The notes beneath the pieces were generated by a model. That model was not told where the DNA came from, searched no databases, and saw only the letters and a program-made list of their open reading frames with translations. Shown piece by piece: positions 1 to 9,789 of a stretch of 19,223 bases of DNA (positions are counted from its first letter, which is position 1; each line of letters opens with the position of its first letter). Source of the DNA: Rhodothermales bacterium (GTDB lineage Bacteria > Bacteroidota > Rhodothermia > Rhodothermales > VXPQ01); contig JBBDTI010000001.1 of NCBI GenBank assembly GCA_040904565.1, positions 46,040 to 65,262 on the forward strand, given 5' to 3'. The position numbers and the translations under genes are program-made.

Positions 1-2
1 CC

Positions 3-2498
3 CGGGCCACGTTCGGTCCGCTCGACGACGACGAACTCGCCAGGCGCCTGCGGCTCGATGGACTGGAAGGGGATATCTATCGGGGGATCTCGGGGCTCGT
101 GGCCGACGAGACGAACCGGGGGCACATCATCGACGGCACGCCGCGCCACTGGCGCCGGTGCGGCGGGTACAATCTGGACCGGTTCGTCGGGGACGCCGTC
201 TCGTTTCGGCTCCCGCGGGACGAACGATTCAATCTGGCGAAGCTCGTCTGCGGGGCGGAGGGGACGCTCGCCGTGATCACCGATGTGAAGCTCAATCTGG
301 TGCCCGTCCCGGAAAACCCGGCACTGGCGATCGTGCACTTCGATCGACTCTACGATGCGCTGTCGGCCGTGCCGGCCATCCTGGAGGTGGATCCCACGGC
401 CGTGGAACTGCTGGACAATAAGGGGCTGACGCGTTGCCGGGAGAACCTGCAGTATGCGCGCCTGCTCGATCGGTTCATCGAGGGGCGGCCGGACTGTGTG
501 CTGATCACGGAGTTTACCGGCGAGAACGAGAAGGAGCTGCGCGCGAAGATCGACGCGCTGCGCGATCACCTGCGCCGGCGCAGCGCCGGCGCGACGGCCG
601 TGACGCCCGCCATCGAGCGCGAGCGGCAGGACGACGTGTGGACGGTGCGCAAGGTCGGGCTGGGCCTACTGATGGGCGAGCCGGGCGACTATAAGCCGAT
701 TCCGTTCATCGAAGATGCCGCCGTGCCGCCCGAGCACCTGGCGGCGTACGTCACGCAGGTCGAGGACTTCTGCCACGGGCTGGGCACCGAGGTCGCCTAC
801 TACGCGCACGCCAGCGCCGGATGCGTGCACATCCGGCCGCTCATCAATGCGAAAAAGGCGAAAGAGGTCACCAAGCTGTCGGAGATCATCGCGTTTTCCG
901 TGGAGCTCCTCCACGGCTACGGCGGCTCCCTCTCGAGCGAACACGGAGACGGGCGCGTGCGGTCGTGGATGAACGAGCGCTTCTTCGGGCCGAAGCTATA
1001 CGGATTGTATCAGGACGTCAAGCGCACGTTCGATCCGGGCAACCTGCTGAATCCGGGCAACGTGGTCGACGCGCCGCCCGTCGAGGCCGACCTGCGCTAC
1101 GGGGAGGATTACGCGTTCGTGCCCATCGAGACGCACCTGGATTTCGGGCCGGAGCTGGGCTTCGACCGGGCGGTGGAGATGTGCAACGGAGCGGGCATCT
1201 GCCGGAAGAAGACGACCGGGACGATGTGTCCGAGCTTCATGGCTACCCGCGAAGAAGAACACTCGACCCGCGGCCGGGCGAACGCCCTGCGCGCGGCACT
1301 CTCCGGCAGACTCCCGGTGGAGGAGTTCACCAGCGAGCGGATGCACCAGGTTATGGACCTCTGCATCGAGTGTAAGGCCTGCAAGGCCGAATGCCCGTCG
1401 AACGTGGACATGGCCAAGATCAAGTTCGAGTTTCTGGCCCACTATCACGAAAAGCACGGCGTGCCGCGGCGCTCCCGGCTCTTCGCTAACGTGGCGCGCC
1501 AGAGCCGGCGGGCGAGCGGGGCGATGGCGCCCGTAGCGAACGCCGTCATGCGCTCCTCCGCCGTGCGCGCGATGATGGAACGTACGCTGGGGATCTCCCG
1601 GGAAAGGGAGCTGCCGCCCTTCGCCAGCGAGCCGTTTACGGACTGGTTCGAGCGGCACCAGGCGTCGAACCGGCGGGGTGACGCCGTCGCTTCAGGGAAT
1701 GGTGCGACGACCACTGCAGCCGACCGAACCGGTAACGAGTCGGCCCGGCGGGCGGAGTCGAACGGCCGCGGCGCGCGGCCGCGCGTCGTCCTCTTCAACG
1801 ATACGTTCAACACCTACAACACCCCGCACGTGGCCATCGCCGCTACCGAGGTCCTGGAGGCGGCGGGTTTCGAGGTGGTCCTACCGGGACATTTCTGTTG
1901 TGGGCGTCCGATGATCTCGAAGGGACTCGTTGACGAAGCACGCGCGGCGGCCGCCGATACGGTGGCTCATCTTCACGCGTTCGCGGAGGAAGGCCTTCCC
2001 ATCGTCGGACTGGAGCCCAGCTGCCTGCTGTCGCTGCGCGACGAATACGCGTACCTGCTGCCGGACGACCCGCGGGTCCCGCGGGTCGCCGAGCGGGCCG
2101 TGATGTTCGAGGAGTTCGTGGCGTCCCTGGCGGAGGAGGGCAGGCTCGATCTGACGTTCAAGAACGACACGCGGCGCGTCCTCCTGCACGGGCACTGTCA
2201 TCAGAAGGCGCTCGTCGGGACGAAACCGAGCCGGAACGTGCTCTCCCTTCCCGGCGGCTATACGGTCGAGGAGGTGGATTCGGGGTGCTGCGGCATGGCG
2301 GGATCGTTCGGCTACGAAACCGAACACTACGACCTGTCGATCAAGATGGCCGAGCGGCGCCTGCTTCCGGCCGTGCGGAAGGCCGGCGAGCAGACGATCG
2401 TCGCCGCGGCCGGGGCGAGCTGCCGCGCCCAGGTAAAGCACGGTACGGGCCGCACGGCGATGCATCCGGCGGAGATTCTGCGGGACGCGCTGCAGTAG
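3..2498 (+). CDS. FAD-linked oxidase fused to an (Fe-S)-binding/CCG domain (GlcD+GlpC/YdiJ-like 2-hydroxyacid dehydrogenase family); 5'-truncated by the window edge
   Basis: The frame is open from base 3 (RATFGPLDDDELARR...), so the track start at 99 is probably not the true start. Motifs: GAEGTLAVIT, HASAGCVHIRP, SSEHGDG and FDPGNLLNPG (FAD-oxidase C-terminal domain); CNGAGIC...CP and CIECKACKAECP (4Fe-4S); FCCGRP, HGHCHQKA and GCCGMAGSFG (CCG domains). The substrate cannot be determined. Confidence 0.9.
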   Translation, partial: RATFGPLDDDELARRLRLDGLEGDIYRGISGLVADETNRGHIIDGTPRHWRRCGGYNLDRFVGDAVSFRLPRDERFNLAKLVCGAEGTLAVITDVKLNLVPVPENPALAIVHFDRLYDALSAVPAILEVDPTAVELLDNKGLTRCRENLQYARLLDRFIEGRPDCVLITEFTGENEKELRAKIDALRDHLRRRSAGATAVTPAIERERQDDVWTVRKVGLGLLMGEPGDYKPIPFIEDAAVPPEHLAAYVTQVEDFCHGLGTEVAYYAHASAGCVHIRPLINAKKAKEVTKLSEIIAFSVELLHGYGGSLSSEHGDGRVRSWMNERFFGPKLYGLYQDVKRTFDPGNLLNPGNVVDAPPVEADLRYGEDYAFVPIETHLDFGPELGFDRAVEMCNGAGICRKKTTGTMCPSFMATREEEHSTRGRANALRAALSGRLPVEEFTSERMHQVMDLCIECKACKAECPSNVDMAKIKFEFLAHYHEKHGVPRRSRLFANVARQSRRASGAMAPVANAVMRSSAVRAMMERTLGISRERELPPFASEPFTDWFERHQASNRRGDAVASGNGATTTAADRTGNESARRAESNGRGARPRVVLFNDTFNTYNTPHVAIAATEVLEAAGFEVVLPGHFCCGRPMISKGLVDEARAAAADTVAHLHAFAEEGLPIVGLEPSCLLSLRDEYAYLLPDDPRVPRVAERAVMFEEFVASLAEEGRLDLTFKNDTRRVLLHGHCHQKALVGTKPSRNVLSLPGGYTVEEVDSGCCGMAGSFGYETEHYDLSIKMAERRLLPAVRKAGEQTIVAAAGASCRAQVKHGTGRTAMHPAEILRDALQ

Positions 2499-2536
2499 CG
2501 GTATGGGAGCGCGCGGCGATCCCCTGCTGCGCCCCC

Positions 2537-2935
2537 TCAGTTGAGTAGATCCTCGATATCCACCCCTTCAACATCGTCCGGCAGATCTTCCGGATGGCCC
2601 CGCACGAGCGCCAGGATCGCGGCGTGCGGTACGATGAGATAATCCTTTCCGTCGAACTTGATCTCGACGGCCTCCTTCTTGACGAAGAAGGCTTCGTCAC
2701 CCGGTTTGGCCTGCAGCGGCAGGTACCGTACCGAATCCCGGTTAGAGCTCCACGGCTCCCCCGTGAAGTCCGGATTCGGCATCACGTAGCCCGGCCCAAC
2801 CTTTAGAACGCGTCCCAGTCGGACGTCCTGCCGGGCAGCCACGGAGGCGGGGAGGACGAGCCCCGATTCCGTCTGCTTCTCACCCTCGTCGGGCGCGATG
2901 AGCACGCGGTCGCCTACTACGATCAGTTCGTTCAT
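2537..2935 (-). CDS. Co-chaperonin GroES (Cpn10) family protein, stand-alone long-form paralog, 132 aa
   Basis: MNELIVVGDRVLI...EKQTESGLVLP...GRVLKVGPG...KPGD...DGKDYLIV..AAILA follows the Cpn10 pattern. Start moved to ATG 2935 because the 53-codon upstream extension in the track does not resemble GroES. Confidence 0.88.
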   Translation of the reverse strand: MNELIVVGDRVLIAPDEGEKQTESGLVLPASVAARQDVRLGRVLKVGPGYVMPNPDFTGEPWSSNRDSVRYLPLQAKPGDEAFFVKKEAVEIKFDGKDYLIVPHAAILALVRGHPEDLPDDVEGVDIEDLLN

Positions 2936-3120
2936 GCGGAATGGGACATCTTGATACGTAATGCGGGATTTCGACGTGTTGATCATTCCCACAACCGTGA
3001 CCGCCTTCGTGTTCCAGCACGAAACCACGTATCCGCATCGCGCGAGGGTTTGGATGCAGTGTACGGATGCGACGTGCGGATCGGCCGGTCGCACCGCCGC
3101 AAAGGACGGTACACCAGCCG

Positions 3121-4407
3121 CTATAGCAGCCGGCGAAGCTCGCGCGCGTACTCATCCACGACCCGATCCCGGTCGTAGAACGCGGCCCGCTCCAGGGCGC
3201 GCCGCTGCCATTCGGCGTAGCGCGCCGCGTCGAGCGACGACAGCAGTTCGGGCACGGCCGCCGCATCCTCCCACGAAAAGCGCGGTCCGGGTTCGTGCTC
3301 GGCCATCTCGCGGCCGAGCGGACTCTTCGCATCGCACACGGCCAGCACGGGCGTGCCCGCCGCCAGCGCGGGGATGAGCTTGGAGGGGATGAAGGATCCG
3401 CCCGATGCCGGCCTCTCGGTGATGACGGCGAAATCGGCGTCGTGGAGGGCGCGGGCCAGCTCCGGCTCGTCCGACAGGCCGCGCAGATCGAATCTCGGAT
3501 CGCCGACGGCGCTGAGCCATTCGCGCAGCTCGCCGGTGCCACTGCCGGCGGCCTGAATCCGAAAGGAGAACCCGGCGTCGCTGCGGTGCAGGATGCGGCA
3601 GAGTGCGAGGAGATGCTGCTTGGCCCCCAGGTTGCCGGAATACAACAGCTTGACGGGCGACGAAGGGGCGCGGCCGGTTTTGTCGGGCAGGGCCGCCAGA
3701 TGATCCCCCAGTGAACGGTGCAGCCAGTTGGGTATGTACAGAAGCGGCTGGCCGCGGCGGCGCTTGTCGCGGAGCCGCTCGAGCATCGCCGGGGAGATGG
3801 TGCTCCAGAGGTCGGCCTGATTGAAGAGCGCGTCCTGGAGGCGAACCATCCACCCGCGCGTGCTGCCTCTCTCGCCGCGCCGCGGTCCATCGCCGATCCC
3901 GCTGCCGGAACCACCTTTGCTCTTGCGGCCGCCACTGCTCCTGCGGCCGGCACCACCGACGAACCCGCTGCCGGCCGCCGCCTCCGCCGGCAGGTCCTGC
4001 ACGTTGAGCCAGAGGGGCACGCCCGTCAGGCGGCGCGCGACGCCGGCGTAGCCCACGGCGCCCATGAGCGGGCAGAAGACCATGATGGCGTCGAAGCTCC
4101 CGCGCGACGGCAGGCGGCGCATGAGGGAGGCGAAAAACGACGCTTCGTAGGTGAGGCGCTCGACGAGCGAGTTGGGGTTTCGGGGGATGAAGAGGCCGAA
4201 GCGCTCGATTTCGACGCCGCGGCGGGTTTCGCGGCGGATCTTAAAACCATTCTCGCCGGATTTGTCGCGCCACTCGGGGTAATACGGGTAGGCGCAGCGG
4301 ACGCTGACGTCGAAGCCGCGCTCGGTTAGCCCGTAGCACAGGTCGCTGAAGAGCACACCGCCCCCGAGGTCGGGTTCGAAGACGTTGACGATGACGAGGA
4401 GGCGCAT
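3121..4407 (-). CDS. GT4 glycosyltransferase, WcaI-like
   Basis: MRLLVIVNVFEPDLGGG, AYPYYPEW, WLNVQDL, YIPNW, LLYSGNLGAKQ and IPSKLIPALAAGTPVL match the WcaI/GT4 pattern. Start taken as ATG 4407, 5 nt after the SSS stop; the track extension to 4965 overlaps the SSS gene. Confidence 0.88.
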   Translation of the reverse strand: MRLLVIVNVFEPDLGGGVLFSDLCYGLTERGFDVSVRCAYPYYPEWRDKSGENGFKIRRETRRGVEIERFGLFIPRNPNSLVERLTYEASFFASLMRRLPSRGSFDAIMVFCPLMGAVGYAGVARRLTGVPLWLNVQDLPAEAAAGSGFVGGAGRRSSGGRKSKGGSGSGIGDGPRRGERGSTRGWMVRLQDALFNQADLWSTISPAMLERLRDKRRRGQPLLYIPNWLHRSLGDHLAALPDKTGRAPSSPVKLLYSGNLGAKQHLLALCRILHRSDAGFSFRIQAAGSGTGELREWLSAVGDPRFDLRGLSDEPELARALHDADFAVITERPASGGSFIPSKLIPALAAGTPVLAVCDAKSPLGREMAEHEPGPRFSWEDAAAVPELLSSLDAARYAEWQRRALERAAFYDRDRVVDEYARELRRLL

Positions 4408-4412
4408 GCGAT

Positions 4413-5954
4413 TCACGAATCCATCTCGAGTCCGAGCGCACGTTCGCGGCGGCTGATGTCCCACCACAGGAACGTGCCCGAAAGGGCGACGACCCCGAAG
4501 CAGAGCAGCATGGGTCCGGTGCGGTTCATGAGCAGGTATCCGACGCCGAAGAGCGTGCAGTAGACGAGGGCGACACCGGCGGTCCAGTCGAGCAGCAGCG
4601 CCCCGAGGCCGGTGTCCGGCCGCACGTCGGGGTTCCGCGCCGCGACCGGCTTCCAACCGGGTCCGCCCGGATGCGTCTTCCGGTAGAACCGGTCGAGCAC
4701 GTCGCGGTTCGTGGGGCGCGTAACGAAGGTGGCCGTCACCCAGACGACGGTTGTAAAGGCGGTGACGGAGAAGAGGTTGGTCGGGAACGGATCCTGGAGG
4801 CCCGGCACCTCGATGTCGAACGCGCTGAGGGCGAGCGCGACGACGAGGAGGGCGACGGGAGACAGTGTGGCGGCGAGCTCGCTCCAGGCATTGACGCGCC
4901 ACCAGTACCACCGAAGGATGAGCACGAGCCCGAGTCCGGCCGACGCCGTGAGCAGGAGCCCCCACGCCTCGCTGATCGATCCCAGGTTCGCCGTGACGAA
5001 GACGGTGAGGAACGCGAGCGCGAAGGTCAGCACGCGCGAGACGAACACGTAATGCTTCTCATCGCCGTCCTTTTTGATGAACCTCCGCCAGAAATCGTTG
5101 ACGAGATAGGACGTTCCCCAGTTGAGCTGTGTGGAGACGGTGCTCATGAACGCCGCGAGGAATGCGGCGAACATGAGGCCCAGGAGTCCGGGCGGGAGGA
5201 CGTCGCGCATCACCAGGACGAACCCTTCGCGCGGGTCGTCGAGACCGGGGTAGAGGACGAGCGCCGCCAGCGCGACGATGATCCACGGCCATGGGCGGAG
5301 GCAGTAGTGGGCGATGGTGAACCAGAGCGTTGCGAAGAGGGAGTGCGTCTCGTCCTTCGCGCTCATCATTCGCTGGGCGACGTACCCGCCGCCGCTCGGC
5401 TCGCTGCCGGGGTACCAGCTCGACCACCACTGCATGCCGACGTAGGCGGCGAAGCTCGCCGCGCTCAGGGCGAGGACGGCCCCGCCCTCGGCGGCCTGTC
5501 CGATCGTAGGCAGGATGCGAAAGGTCGACTCCGGCAGCTTCTCCATGAGTCCGGCCATGCCGCCGACCTCGGGCAGGTCCAGCACGTAGACGGCGAGAAT
5601 GATGCTGCCCGATATGGCGATAAGAAACTGAAAGGCATCCGTCAGCACGCCGCTGCGGCGCCAGAGCCTCGCGAAGAAAAAGACGGTCAGCATCCCGCCG
5701 AATGCGAAATTCCACCAGAGCCAGTTCCCCGCGATGCCGCTCTGTGCGACCAGCTCCGTGACGGCCAGGGGCGTGTCGGCCGCGAAGGTGGTCGCGACCA
5801 TGGACGTGCCCGCGAGCCACCAGGGCATGCTGCGGCCCGAAAGGAAGAATTCGGAGGTATCTTTTCCGGTCCGGCGGAAATAATAGACGGCGATGCCGAA
5901 CGAAAAGACGAAATACGCCGCGATGAGGAACCAGTCGAGGGGGGTGAGCGACAT
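4413..5954 (-). CDS. Sodium:solute symporter (SSS/SLC5) family protein with an apparent in-frame internal deletion (possible pseudogene)
   Basis: EFFLSGRSMPWWLAGTSMVATTFAADTPL, GGGYVAQRMMSAKDE, LAAFMSTVSTQLNWG and LRWYWWRVNAWSE, with many TM segments. RRSGVLTD runs directly into AFQF, skipping the segment homologs normally carry there. Confidence 0.88.
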   Translation of the reverse strand: MSLTPLDWFLIAAYFVFSFGIAVYYFRRTGKDTSEFFLSGRSMPWWLAGTSMVATTFAADTPLAVTELVAQSGIAGNWLWWNFAFGGMLTVFFFARLWRRSGVLTDAFQFLIAISGSIILAVYVLDLPEVGGMAGLMEKLPESTFRILPTIGQAAEGGAVLALSAASFAAYVGMQWWSSWYPGSEPSGGGYVAQRMMSAKDETHSLFATLWFTIAHYCLRPWPWIIVALAALVLYPGLDDPREGFVLVMRDVLPPGLLGLMFAAFLAAFMSTVSTQLNWGTSYLVNDFWRRFIKKDGDEKHYVFVSRVLTFALAFLTVFVTANLGSISEAWGLLLTASAGLGLVLILRWYWWRVNAWSELAATLSPVALLVVALALSAFDIEVPGLQDPFPTNLFSVTAFTTVVWVTATFVTRPTNRDVLDRFYRKTHPGGPGWKPVAARNPDVRPDTGLGALLLDWTAGVALVYCTLFGVGYLLMNRTGPMLLCFGVVALSGTFLWWDISRRERALGLEMDS

Positions 5955-6050
5955 GGAGGATTCCGATCCGATCGATACGTAGATGTACCGACGGGTCGCT
6001 CCGCCGGCGGGTTCGGAATCTACAGCGCGCCGGAATCAAACGCACGCGTC

Positions 6051-6148
6051 AGCTACGCCGCAGTGATCGGCGCGACACGAGCCCGAAGGGCGACTGACGA
6101 GCGCAGCGAGTAAATGCAACGCAGAGGTGCGCAGTTTATCAACGGCCC
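6051..6148. repeat. Possible truncated REP/MITE-like element
   Basis: The - strand reads GGGCCGTTGATAAAC...CTGCGTTGC...CTCGCTGCGCTCG...GCCCTTCGGGC...ATCACTGCGGCGTAGCT. This has an IS-end-like terminus and small palindromes. No second terminal inverted repeat is visible. The resemblance to intergenic repeat families is from memory and unsearched. Confidence 0.35.
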
Positions 6149-6149
6149 A

Positions 6150-6242
6150 TTAAAGGAGCTGGAAGACGGCAAACACGAGAAGCGCGACGATACCGGCTCC
6201 GAATGCCGACGTTTTGATGGCTAGATCGATGGGATTGTACAT
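6150..6242 (-). CDS. Putative 30-aa single-pass membrane protein (MYNPIDLAIKTSAFGAGIVALLVFAVFQLL)
   Basis: ATG at 6242-6240 and TAA at 6152-6150, with a C-terminal hydrophobic stretch of about 18 aa. It lies in otherwise intergenic space downstream of an AT-rich patch (about 6281-6297) and is too short to appear in the ORF track. Confidence 0.5.
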   Translation of the reverse strand: MYNPIDLAIKTSAFGAGIVALLVFAVFQLL

Positions 6243-6410
6243 GGCGGGTTCGCGGTCTGATCGGTTTTTCTGCCCACTCCTACCATATATTTATATCGGC
6301 AGGTTGACGCAGTACTTAAGCGCAAGGGCACTTACGAGAATTACCGTCGCAAACATCGGTCCTCTTTCCTGGATCGAGGGCCGACGTCACTTCCGATTCC
6401 ATCCTATCTG

Positions 6411-8174
6411 ATGTCTATATCCCAGACTGTTGACGGTCGCTCGTGCCGACGACTGTGCGCGTACGTGTCGGTCCTTTTTCTCTTGTGGATGGCCGGATGT
6501 ACGGGCGTATCCGTGGACGGGGGTGCGGACTCGCTGCCGGTGCAGGCGCGGAACGGCGTGGTGGTCTCCGCCGACGAGCGGGCGTCCCAGGTAGGGATCG
6601 ACGTGCTCCGTCGCGGAGGCAATGCGATCGATGCGGCCGTGGCGACGGGCTTCGCGCTCGCGGTCGTGCATCCCTCCGCGGGCAATCTCGGCGGCGGCGG
6701 TTTCATGGTGATTCGGCTGTCGGACGGGCACAGGACGACCATCGATTACCGGGAAAAAGCGCCCGCTGCGTCGACGGCGGACATGTACCTGGATGCGGAC
6801 GGAGAGGCCCTCGCGCGCCTGAGCCGCGAGGGCTATCCGGCTTCCGGCGTGCCGGGGTCGCCTGCCGGACTCCTGCTCGCCCACGCGGAGTACGGCCGGC
6901 TTCCGCTGGCCGACGTGCTGGCACCGGCGATTCGGCTAGCCGAGGACGGCTTTCGGCTCAGCGGGGCCCTGGCGGCGAGCCTGAACGTCCGGTACGACGA
7001 GTTCTCCGACTTCGAGAGCACGCGTAAGTATTTCACGAAGGAGAACGGCCGCTACGCGTCCGGCGAGCTGTTCGTGCAGGAGGATCTGGCGGACGTGCTC
7101 CGGCGGATCCGCGACGGCGGCCGCGACGGGTTTTATACGGGCCGCACGGCCGAGTTCATCGTGGCGGAGATGGAGCGGGGCGGCGGCCTGATCACGCTGG
7201 ACGATCTGGCGGCGTACGAGGCCGTCGAGCGGGCGCCCGTCGTCAGCACGTATCGCGACCATCGGATCGTGTCCATGCCCCCGCCGTCCTCCGGCGGCGT
7301 CGCGCTGGCGCAGCTGCTGAACGCCGTCGAGCCGTACGACGTCGCGGCGATGGGCTTCCTCTCCGCCGAGACCGTCCATCTGATGGGAGAAGCCATGCGA
7401 CGGGTGTATGCCGATCGGGCGCAGTGGCTCGGGGATCCCGACTATTTCGACGTGCCCGTCGGGGCGTTGATTTCCAAGACGTACATGCAGCGCCGGATGG
7501 AGACGTTCGACCCGCAGGCGGCCGCTTCCAGCGAGGACGTCACGCACGGCGATCCGCGCGGTGATCCCTTCGGGGGGGAGTCGACCGAGACGACGCACTA
7601 CTCCGTGGTCGACGCCGACGGGAATGCCGTCAGCACGACGACCACGATCAACGCCAGCTACGGGTCGAAGGTGGTGGTGGACGGCGCCGGATTTTTCCTC
7701 AACAACGAGATGGACGACTTCGCGGTGAAGCCCGGCGTGCCGAACATGTACGGACTCCTCGGCTCGGAGGCCAACGCCATCGAGCCGGGTAAGCGGATGC
7801 TCTCGTCCATGACACCGACGATTGTGGAGGATCCCGACGGCGATCTGCTCATGGTCATCGGTTCTCCGGGGGGCGGCCGCATCATTACGATCGTCCTGCA
7901 GACGATCCTCAACGTGGTCGATCACGGGATGAACGTCCAGCAAGCGGTGGATGCCGGGCGCGTCCACCACCAGTGGCGGCCCGACGTGCTGGAGATGGAG
8001 CCCGGCGCGCTCTCGTCCGGCGTTCAGGACGATCTTCGCCGTCGCGGGTGGAGCCTGGAGGTCGACGGACCGTGGGGGCGTGCCGATGGGATCGTAGTGC
8101 GGCGCGGGATCGGTGGCGCCGTGCTGGAAGGCGGGGCGGACCCAAGAGGAGAGGACGTCGCCGTGGGCTACTGA
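6411..8174 (+). CDS. ggt: Gamma-glutamyltransferase (glutathione hydrolase), probable lipoprotein
   Basis: GGNAIDAAVA, GNLGGGGFM, IDYREKAP, MPPPSSGG, autocleavage site E|TTHYSVVD, LNNEMDDF, PGKRMLSSMTPT, GSPGG and ADPR. The N-terminal hydrophobic stretch ends in a lipobox-like MAGC. The exact start is somewhat uncertain. Confidence 0.96.
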   Translation: MSISQTVDGRSCRRLCAYVSVLFLLWMAGCTGVSVDGGADSLPVQARNGVVVSADERASQVGIDVLRRGGNAIDAAVATGFALAVVHPSAGNLGGGGFMVIRLSDGHRTTIDYREKAPAASTADMYLDADGEALARLSREGYPASGVPGSPAGLLLAHAEYGRLPLADVLAPAIRLAEDGFRLSGALAASLNVRYDEFSDFESTRKYFTKENGRYASGELFVQEDLADVLRRIRDGGRDGFYTGRTAEFIVAEMERGGGLITLDDLAAYEAVERAPVVSTYRDHRIVSMPPPSSGGVALAQLLNAVEPYDVAAMGFLSAETVHLMGEAMRRVYADRAQWLGDPDYFDVPVGALISKTYMQRRMETFDPQAAASSEDVTHGDPRGDPFGGESTETTHYSVVDADGNAVSTTTTINASYGSKVVVDGAGFFLNNEMDDFAVKPGVPNMYGLLGSEANAIEPGKRMLSSMTPTIVEDPDGDLLMVIGSPGGGRIITIVLQTILNVVDHGMNVQQAVDAGRVHHQWRPDVLEMEPGALSSGVQDDLRRRGWSLEVDGPWGRADGIVVRRGIGGAVLEGGADPRGEDVAVGY

Positions 8175-8258
8175 GGGCCGCGTCCGCCGCGGCTGCAGCC
8201 ACAGTTCAGCCGCAGCGCGTCCGCCGTGAACAAGTCGGTGCGACCACGGGGCGTTCGG

Positions 8259-9740
<1,482 letters not shown>

Positions 9741-9789
9741 ATTTTCCGCGGCAATCTCGTCCAGGGCATTAAGGTGTGTCCGTGCGGAG

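Noticed and set aside
2936-3094. N-terminal extension of the GroES ORF given by the track (likewise 4408-4965 for the GT)
   Set aside because: Family similarity starts at the internal ATGs, and the GT extension overlaps the SSS gene.
2936-3120. CIRCE or other heat-shock element, or an ncRNA, upstream of the GroES-like gene
   Set aside because: There is no TTAGCACTC-N9-GAGTGCTAA. The several short hairpins are unremarkable at this GC content.
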